This document shows positions 45,219-51,217 of a stretch of DNA of 51,217 nt, one piece after another (the first letter of the stretch is position 1; every line of letters starts with the position of its first letter). Origin of the DNA: an uncultured Spirochaetia bacterium. Its GTDB lineage: Bacteria; Desulfobacterota_D; UBA1144; Nemesobacterales; CSP1-2. The stretch is taken from NCBI GenBank assembly GCA_964389705.1, contig CAYMEO010000005.1, positions 1 through 51,217 of the forward strand, written 5' to 3'. The notes below the pieces were generated by a model. The model was not told the origin of the DNA. It ran no database searches and saw only the letters and a list, made by a program, of their open reading frames with translations. The translations under genes and the position numbers were made by a program.

Positions 45219-45310
45219 TTCTCCGCCGTACACAGGGAAGATCGAAATGAGTAATTCCTTCAAGGGAAAGAAAACACATAAGGTTTTTATTGTATCAGGA
45301 GATATAAATA

Positions 45311-47785
45311 ATGAAAACTGAAAAAATAGACCTACCGATAAGCGGGATGAGTTGCACCTCATGCGCTGCTGCAATTGAGTCCGAAATCAAAAAGATAGAT
45401 GGGGTCTTAGATGCGAGTGTAAACTTCGGGATAGAAAAGGCATCTGTAACTTTCGACACGGAGATAGCAAAAACGGAGGATCTCATCAAGGCAATAAGAG
45501 ATACAGGATATGAGGTAGTTACTCAGAAAGTGACCATCCCTATAAGGGGTATGCACTGCGCATCGTGTGTGGAAACCATTGAGACAACTCTGCGAGGGAT
45601 AGAAGGAGTCGTTTCTGCAAATGTGAATTTCGGAACTGAGAAGGCCGCAGTGGAGTTTATCCCAGACAAGGTTTCGTTATCTGACATCAGGCGTGCAATC
45701 AGAGAATCCGGGTATGAGCCGCTTGATGCAGAAGAGGGGAAAAAAGCTCATGAGAGAGAAATAAGGACACTGAGAAACAGACTCGTATTCAGCGCCGCAG
45801 TCAGCCTAATTGTGTTTATGGGAGGTATGAATGAGTGGTTTCCGTGGATGCCCAATATACTTAAAAATTGGGTTACACTTTTTATCCTTACAACCCCAGT
45901 CCAGTTCTGGGCAGGATGGGAGTTCTATAAGGGTGCATGGTCTGCCTTAAAGCACAGACGCACTGATATGAATACCCTCATCGCATTAGGCACAAGCGCT
46001 GCATATCTCTATAGCGTTATTGTAACCTTCCTTCCCAGTGTCTTCCTAAGAGGCAGAATTGAACCCGCTACTTATTATGATACATCGGCAATAATCATCT
46101 CTCTCATTCTCCTTGGAAGATTTCTTGAATTGAAAGCAAGGAGTAAAACAAATGAGGCCATAAAGAAACTCATCAGCCTTGGAGCAAAGACCGCAAGCGT
46201 GATTAGAAACGGAGAAGAAATGGACATCCCTGTGGAAGAGGTTCGGGTCGGAGACATTGTAGTTGTACGCCCGGGCGAGAAGATCCCAGTAGATGGAATT
46301 ATACAAGAAGGCTACTCGACTGTTGATGAATCAATGATTACTGGGGAGCCAATTCCATCAGAAAAGAAGGTAGGCGATAAAGTAATCGGCGCAACGATTA
46401 ATAGAACCGGCTCATTTAAGTTTAGGGCTACAAGCGTAGGAAAGGATACTGTGCTTTCTCAAATCATAAAACTCGTTGAAGAGGCTCAAACCTCTAAAGC
46501 CCCAATTCAAAGGATCGCCGATATAATCGCTTCATACTTTGTTCCAGTAGTAATCGGGATAGCCGTTCTTACTTTTATAGTCTGGTACTTCTTTGGTCCC
46601 TCCCCTGCATTTACTTATGCCTTCTTAAATTTCATTGCGGTTCTTATTATCGCCTGCCCGTGCGCACTGGGACTTGCAACGCCCACCGCAATCATGGTCG
46701 GAACCGGAAGAGGCGCAGAAAACGGCATCCTAATAAAAAACGTCGAAGCTCTTGAGACAGCACACAAGATAAAGGCGATTGTATTTGATAAAACGGGAAC
46801 ACTTACGAAAGGAAAACCCGAAGTCACAGGTATAATAACGAACGGTGAATTCTCTAAAGATGAAATTCTGAGGATTACAGCAAGCGCGGAATCTAGTTCC
46901 GAGCATCCACTTAGTGAGGCTATTGTTAAACATGCTAAAGAGAAGGGGCTCGATATAAAAGACCCTGAAAGGTTTAGTGCTATACCTGGGGAAGGAATCG
47001 AGTCTACGGTAGACGGACACAGGGTATTGGTAGGAAATGTAAGACTCATGAACAGTAAAGGAATTGATGTGAGCCATCTCAAAAACATGGCTGAGGAACT
47101 CGCAGGCGAAGGCAAGACCCCTGTGTTTGTATCTATAGATAATAAAGCGGCAGGAATAATTGCAGTTGCAGATACACTCAAGCCTTATTCTCTTGAAGTG
47201 GTTCAATCAATTAAAAACCTCGGTATAGAAGTAATTATGATTACGGGAGACAACCGTCGTACGGCTGAAGCCATTGGTAAGAAATTGGGCATTGACCGTG
47301 TCTTTGCCGAAGTGGCTCCTCAAGACAAAGCAAATGAAATAAAGAGACTCCAAGAGGAGGGAAAGACAGTGGCAATGGTAGGAGATGGAATAAACGATGC
47401 CCCTGCACTTGCACAAGCCGATTTAGGAATAGCAATCGGAGCCGGAACAGACATTGCAATTGAATCCGGAGATATAATCCTCATCGGAGACGATTTAAGA
47501 GGCGTGATTACAGCAATAGAACTGAGCAGAAAGACAATAAGCACGATAAAGCAGAACTTCTTCTGGGCATTTCTCTATAACGCTCTTCTTATTCCACTGG
47601 CAGCCGGAGTGCTCTATCCGTTTTTTGGAATCCTGCTCAATCCAATCTTAGCCGCTGCCGCAATGGCACTCAGTTCCGTATCCGTTGTAACCAACAGTTT
47701 GAGATTGAAGAGGTTTAAAACGAAGTTGGGATTTACGAAAGGGGAAATCTCATCTGAACTGCATCCTGTAGAAGCAGGTAGTTAA
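45311..47785 (+). CDS. copA: Cu(I)-translocating P1B-type ATPase
   Basis: Two HMA domains (GMSCTSC, GMHCASC), [23 protein letters not shown] and MALSS. Confidence 0.96.
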   Translation: MKTEKIDLPISGMSCTSCAAAIESEIKKIDGVLDASVNFGIEKASVTFDTEIAKTEDLIKAIRDTGYEVVTQKVTIPIRGMHCASCVETIETTLRGIEGVVSANVNFGTEKAAVEFIPDKVSLSDIRRAIRESGYEPLDAEEGKKAHEREIRTLRNRLVFSAAVSLIVFMGGMNEWFPWMPNILKNWVTLFILTTPVQFWAGWEFYKGAWSALKHRRTDMNTLIALGTSAAYLYSVIVTFLPSVFLRGRIEPATYYDTSAIIISLILLGRFLELKARSKTNEAIKKLISLGAKTASVIRNGEEMDIPVEEVRVGDIVVVRPGEKIPVDGIIQEGYSTVDESMITGEPIPSEKKVGDKVIGATINRTGSFKFRATSVGKDTVLSQIIKLVEEAQTSKAPIQRIADIIASYFVPVVIGIAVLTFIVWYFFGPSPAFTYAFLNFIAVLIIACPCALGLATPTAIMVGTGRGAENGILIKNVEALETAHKIKAIVFDKTGTLTKGKPEVTGIITNGEFSKDEILRITASAESSSEHPLSEAIVKHAKEKGLDIKDPERFSAIPGEGIESTVDGHRVLVGNVRLMNSKGIDVSHLKNMAEELAGEGKTPVFVSIDNKAAGIIAVADTLKPYSLEVVQSIKNLGIEVIMITGDNRRTAEAIGKKLGIDRVFAEVAPQDKANEIKRLQEEGKTVAMVGDGINDAPALAQADLGIAIGAGTDIAIESGDIILIGDDLRGVITAIELSRKTISTIKQNFFWAFLYNALLIPLAAGVLYPFFGILLNPILAAAAMALSSVSVVTNSLRLKRFKTKLGFTKGEISSELHPVEAGS

Positions 47786-47845
47786 ATTTAGACTTTAAAA
47801 TAAAACTTGAACAATCTCGACAGGCTCACTTCGTTGGGAACCAAT

Positions 47846-48907
47846 TTAATTACCAGTGAATTGAGCTAAAATAGCACAAACCTCGCGAATGGCTTTCAGC
47901 AGTGGCAAGAGAGTTTCCTCTTTAACATCACGCTGCTTATTATGAACAATATTGCCTCGAATATTTATCGCACTTTGGCATTGATTTATTAATTCTGTTA
48001 ATAATATCCGCTCTTCAAACAGCAATGGTAATAGATAACGAACGGTTCCGGAGAGACCCAAATGTTCGATCTGAGGTTTCAGATGCGCAGTATCTATGCG
48101 ATTGACTAGCTTTGTCTCAATCAGTTTATCAATTTTCGGTGATTCTGCAAAGTTTGAAATGGCTATCTCAAGCGCCGTAACTGCTTCAATAATTGCATTT
48201 CTCCTATATCCTTTACTTGCAAGTGCTTCAGAGTTCGCCAGAAGTTCCAACACTAGATCGGGGCGACTCTTCTCTTTTAAGAATTTGGATACTTCCGACC
48301 AATCTTCTTGTGTAATGAATCTCTTGGGATCTTCGGAACGCAGTTTAATTAGACTAGATAACGCGGGAAACCAAGGAATCCATTCGCGACCCTCAGTTTT
48401 GACCTTCGCGTCAAACTCGATAAAGTCAGAAGTCATTCGATTGAAGTCTATCGAGCGTGGTTCAAGCCAATACTGGCCTTTTATTCGAGCGTAGGAAATC
48501 AACCGATTGAACGCGTCCAAAGCAGCTTGTAATACCTGTTGCCCTAATTCGGAGTACTCCCGCCTGAGTCGCTTATAACGCTCATCTGGATTTTTTTCTA
48601 GCCCTAATCCGCGGCGCTCTTTTTCCTCATAGATAAATCCTGCTAGTTCATCTGATATTCCTTGAATTTCAAGATCAATATAGACTTTATCAACAACTAT
48701 ACTGATAAGCCGATTTATTATAGGCAAATCAGCTTCCCTAAGTTGGGGACAACAATTTAAGTCGCACCACAGTTTAACGGTCATGTTATCCCGATTTGTG
48801 AGCAGAGCGTCATCCTTATTATTCAATGGAACCCATTGATGAAAGACTAGGTAGCCACCACTAGGTAAAAACGGAATTTTCATAGATACAAGAATATCAG
48901 TCGCCAT
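47846..48907 (-). CDS. Hypothetical protein with probable C-terminal HEPN domain
   Basis: Helical C-terminus with YRRNAIIEAVTALE followed by R-x4-H (IRGNIVH, 47959-47942). Confidence 0.6.
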   Translation of the reverse strand: MATDILVSMKIPFLPSGGYLVFHQWVPLNNKDDALLTNRDNMTVKLWCDLNCCPQLREADLPIINRLISIVVDKVYIDLEIQGISDELAGFIYEEKERRGLGLEKNPDERYKRLRREYSELGQQVLQAALDAFNRLISYARIKGQYWLEPRSIDFNRMTSDFIEFDAKVKTEGREWIPWFPALSSLIKLRSEDPKRFITQEDWSEVSKFLKEKSRPDLVLELLANSEALASKGYRRNAIIEAVTALEIAISNFAESPKIDKLIETKLVNRIDTAHLKPQIEHLGLSGTVRYLLPLLFEERILLTELINQCQSAINIRGNIVHNKQRDVKEETLLPLLKAIREVCAILAQFTGN

Positions 48908-48961
48908 CTCGTGCTAATCAATATTACCGCAATGGGCATCAGCGCACATCTACTAAATGGC

Positions 48962-49144
48962 TTACTTGTCAAGCAAACCGCCGAGCTTGCCAGCCATGCC
49001 GCCTAAGCCTGCCTTTTCGAGAAGGGACGTAACTTGCTGAGGGTTATTTTTGATGTACTCAAGAACTGCATCAACCGCCTGCTCAGCCTTTTGTTGATCT
49101 AAACCTACTTTCGATACCAATAAAGATACAAGTTGTTCTTTCAT
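48962..49144 (-). CDS. Small (60 aa) helical hypothetical protein with Gly-rich tail
   Basis: SD GGAGG upstream of ATG 49144; MKEQLVSLLVSKVGLDQQKAEQAVDAVLEYIK...GLGGMAGKLGGLLDK. Confidence 0.65.
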   Translation of the reverse strand: MKEQLVSLLVSKVGLDQQKAEQAVDAVLEYIKNNPQQVTSLLEKAGLGGMAGKLGGLLDK

Positions 49145-49353
49145 TTGACCTTTCCTCCTTTTGCAACACCACAAGATCTCTATAGCAATAAGCTTCATAG
49201 AGAACTCTTACGACATATCTCTAAAGGATAGTATAAACTGAGTGTTCCCGTAAATAAACTGAACAAAAAATAGATGTAGAGCGCTCCATTTCGATTATTA
49301 ATCGGTTAAACTTTAAAACATCCATCTTGAAAAAGGTTAAGGAGGTATCTCAA

Positions 49354-49521
49354 ATGGCAAAAGACCCCGTATGCAACATGGACGTAGATGAAAAGAAGGC
49401 GGCAGCAACATCCGAGTATAAGGGGAAAAAATACCATTTCTGCGCTAAGGGATGCAAAATCGCTTTTGACAAGAATCCGGAGAAATATTTGGGAAAAGAG
49501 AAAGGGAAGCACAAGCACTGA
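49354..49521 (+). CDS. YHS-domain small metal-binding protein
   Basis: SD GGAGGT; DPVCNMDV...YKGKKYHFCAKGC..AFDKNPEKY; His-ended tail. Confidence 0.88.
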   Translation: MAKDPVCNMDVDEKKAAATSEYKGKKYHFCAKGCKIAFDKNPEKYLGKEKGKHKH

Positions 49522-49789
49522 TCGAATTGACATTTAAAACAAATTTTTAGCCCCGAATACAGGATATAGAGACTTGAGTTTTCTCACACATTCTCTTTTA
49601 CTGTTTGATGTACTCTTCCGTCCGTATATATTCGTGCCAATTGCGGCTAATTAATCCATGATTATTCCAAATATTATATTATCCCTGTTCCAAGAAATAA
49701 AAATATAGGTTATTATAGGGTAATAGAAATTTGGATTTCTCACTATATGTAATCCGAAATCTACATTTGGAAGGAGGTGTTAGAGAGTC

Positions 49790-50191
49790 ATGAAGGCACA
49801 TGAGATTATGACTAAAGATGTCCTCTCAGTTGATGAAAATACATCTGTAAAGGAAGCAGCACAGATCATGGCAAAACACAACGTAGGAGCGCTTATAGTT
49901 CAAACTCCAAAACCGACCTTCGGGATATTTACTCAAGGAGACCTTCTCACTCGCGTAGTGGCAGAGGGAAGAGATCCTGAGAAAACAAAGATCCGAGATG
50001 TTATGACAGAGAGTGTTCAATGCGCACAGAGCAACGACAGTGTTGATGAGCTGGCACGAATCATGTATGAAGAGAACGTTCGCTATCTTCCCGTGATGGA
50101 AGGAAGAAAATTGGTAGGCATTATTTCTACGACGGACTTATTCAAGGTCATTTTCAGAGCGGCGGAAGGTTATCAGGAGGAAGTGGTGTGA
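49790..50191 (+). CDS. Tandem CBS-domain protein
   Basis: IMTKDV...GIFTQGDL / DVMTESV...LVGIISTTDL; SD GGAGGT. Confidence 0.9.
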   Translation: MKAHEIMTKDVLSVDENTSVKEAAQIMAKHNVGALIVQTPKPTFGIFTQGDLLTRVVAEGRDPEKTKIRDVMTESVQCAQSNDSVDELARIMYEENVRYLPVMEGRKLVGIISTTDLFKVIFRAAEGYQEEVV

Positions 50192-50215
50192 ATATAGAAG
50201 CTATCTCACATTCCA

Positions 50216-50295
50216 GTTATAATCGTGAAGGAGCAAGGCGACTGAAGAATCCCATCTTTTACAGTGTCAGATGCTTCGCCACGCTCAACATGACA
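50216..50295. repeat. Degenerate bipartite palindromic intergenic repeat (TGTC/CGTC-tagged type)
   Basis: Left part GTGAAGGAGCAAGGCGACTGAAGAATCC and right part AGATGCTTCGCCACGCTCAACATGACA resemble the recurrent TGTCAT...GAGCG.AGCGA..GAAG.ATC / AGAT.CTTCGC..CGCTCAG.ATGACA element (recognised from memory). Confidence 0.5.
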
Positions 50296-50342
50296 AACCA
50301 GTTTTGGGACTACTCCTAGAATATTAGAAGGATTTTTCTAAC

Positions 50343-50371
50343 TTGCAACAGCCTGTCCCAATAGGTATAGT
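50343..50371 (+). promoter_or_regulatory. sigma70 promoter of rpmB
   Basis: TTGCAA (50343)-N17-TATAGT (50366). Confidence 0.6.
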
Positions 50372-50404
50372 TTTTTTATCTAATATAAAGGAAAGGATTC
50401 TTCA

Positions 50405-50599
50405 ATGGCTCAGATTTGCACAATATGTGGGAAAAAGCCCGTTTACGGACACAACGTAAGCCACGCAAATAATAAGACAAAAAGACGATGGAATATCAAC
50501 CTCAGAAGGGTTAAGGCACGCCTTCAGAGTGGAGAGGTAAGAAGAATCAGAGTTTGCACAAACTGTATTAAATCCGGAAGGATCCAGAAAGCCGCTTAG
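50405..50599 (+). CDS. rpmB: 50S ribosomal protein L28 (Zn-ribbon form)
   Basis: [24 protein letters not shown]...VCTNCIKSG. Confidence 0.96.
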   Translation: MAQICTICGKKPVYGHNVSHANNKTKRRWNINLRRVKARLQSGEVRRIRVCTNCIKSGRIQKAA

Positions 50600-51111
50600 C
50601 CTTCTTCTCTCCTGAGTGCCTTCTCTATCCTTTTCTTCATTAATTCCCTTTTTAACCTGTTTAGCCTGTCTATATAAAGAATCCCATCTATATGGTCTAT
50701 TTCATGCTGAAAGGCGCGGGCAAGGAGTCCGCTTCCCTCTATCTCAATAGGCTTTCCGCCTCGATCGAGTCCCCGAACCCTGACGGTTGCCTTTCTCCTG
50801 ACCTCGCTTGAAAACCCGGGGATGCTTAAGCAGCCCTCTTCTTCTACCTGATTGCCTTCGGATGAAATAATCTCAGGATTTATAAGCTGTATAAGCCCTG
50901 GCGTGCCCTCTTGCCTTACGGAAACATCAATTACAATCACCCTTAGATTCACACCGACTTGAGGTGCAGCAAGTCCTACTCCCGGAGCCTTATACATCGT
51001 CTCAATCATATCATCAAAGAGCCTCTCAATCTCTTTATCTATCTTCTCTACAGGAGCAGACCTCTTTCTGAGCCTTGGGTCCGGATAAGTAAGGATTCTT
51101 AGAAGCGACAT
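50596..51111 (-). CDS. def: Peptide deformylase
   Basis: [15 protein letters not shown] and HEIDH. Confidence 0.96.
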   Translation of the reverse strand: MSLLRILTYPDPRLRKRSAPVEKIDKEIERLFDDMIETMYKAPGVGLAAPQVGVNLRVIVIDVSVRQEGTPGLIQLINPEIISSEGNQVEEEGCLSIPGFSSEVRRKATVRVRGLDRGGKPIEIEGSGLLARAFQHEIDHIDGILYIDRLNRLKRELMKKRIEKALRREEG

Positions 51112-51217
51112 AGCAAGGCTAAAATCCTATCTGAAAGAAAATAGTTGTCAATAAATCTAGTTAAAGTGTAATTGTATTGCTTTAAAAAACAATACAGATA
51201 GAGCCGCTTCAGGAATG

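Noticed and set aside
1-51217. CRISPR array, rRNA, prophage or transposase
   Set aside because: No regularly spaced direct repeats, rRNA signatures or phage/IS proteins were recognised; repeated 13-17-mers fall within paralogous GT2 motifs.

Overview
Bacterial chromosomal window of moderate GC. The housekeeping genes look Deltaproteobacteria/Desulfobacterota-like, but that is inference only. About 39 kb (1-38864) is surface-glycan/exopolysaccharide biosynthesis, almost all on the minus strand, in two blocks. Block B (38864->20308) is wzm-wzt, seven GT2 genes (one fused to a CE4 deacetylase), a methyltransferase, a stand-alone CE4 deacetylase, a secreted beta-helix protein and two GT4s. Block A (14743->past the left edge) is a UpxY/RfaH-type NusG paralogue, two atypical NarL/LuxR-type receiver proteins, glmS, ugd, a GT-C-like membrane protein, two methyltransferases, a GT4, a GlpD-like oxidoreductase, an epimerase and asnB (asnB is absent from the ORF track because it runs off the window). 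The blocks are separated by a binding-protein-less ABC pair, a TIGR01212 radical SAM gene and dprA. The right end holds nth, a ferredoxin, a TPR protein, secG-tpiA-pgk-like-aminotransferase, csoR-copA, a probable HEPN protein, small YHS/CBS proteins, rpmB and def. Five observations stand out. (1) A c-di-GMP-I (GEMM) riboswitch at 25562-25653 has a readable anti-aptamer/anti-SD platform over the secreted beta-helix gene. (2) Two VpsT/CsgD-like atypical receivers sit behind UpxY. (3) A recurring GACT-WW-AGTC box lies at activator positions in several intergenic regions of both blocks. (4) The PGK homologue has all its ATP-site motifs degenerate while its 3-PG site is largely kept. (5) A lone HEPN-like gene sits in the copper locus. 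No tRNA, rRNA, CRISPR array or transposase was seen.
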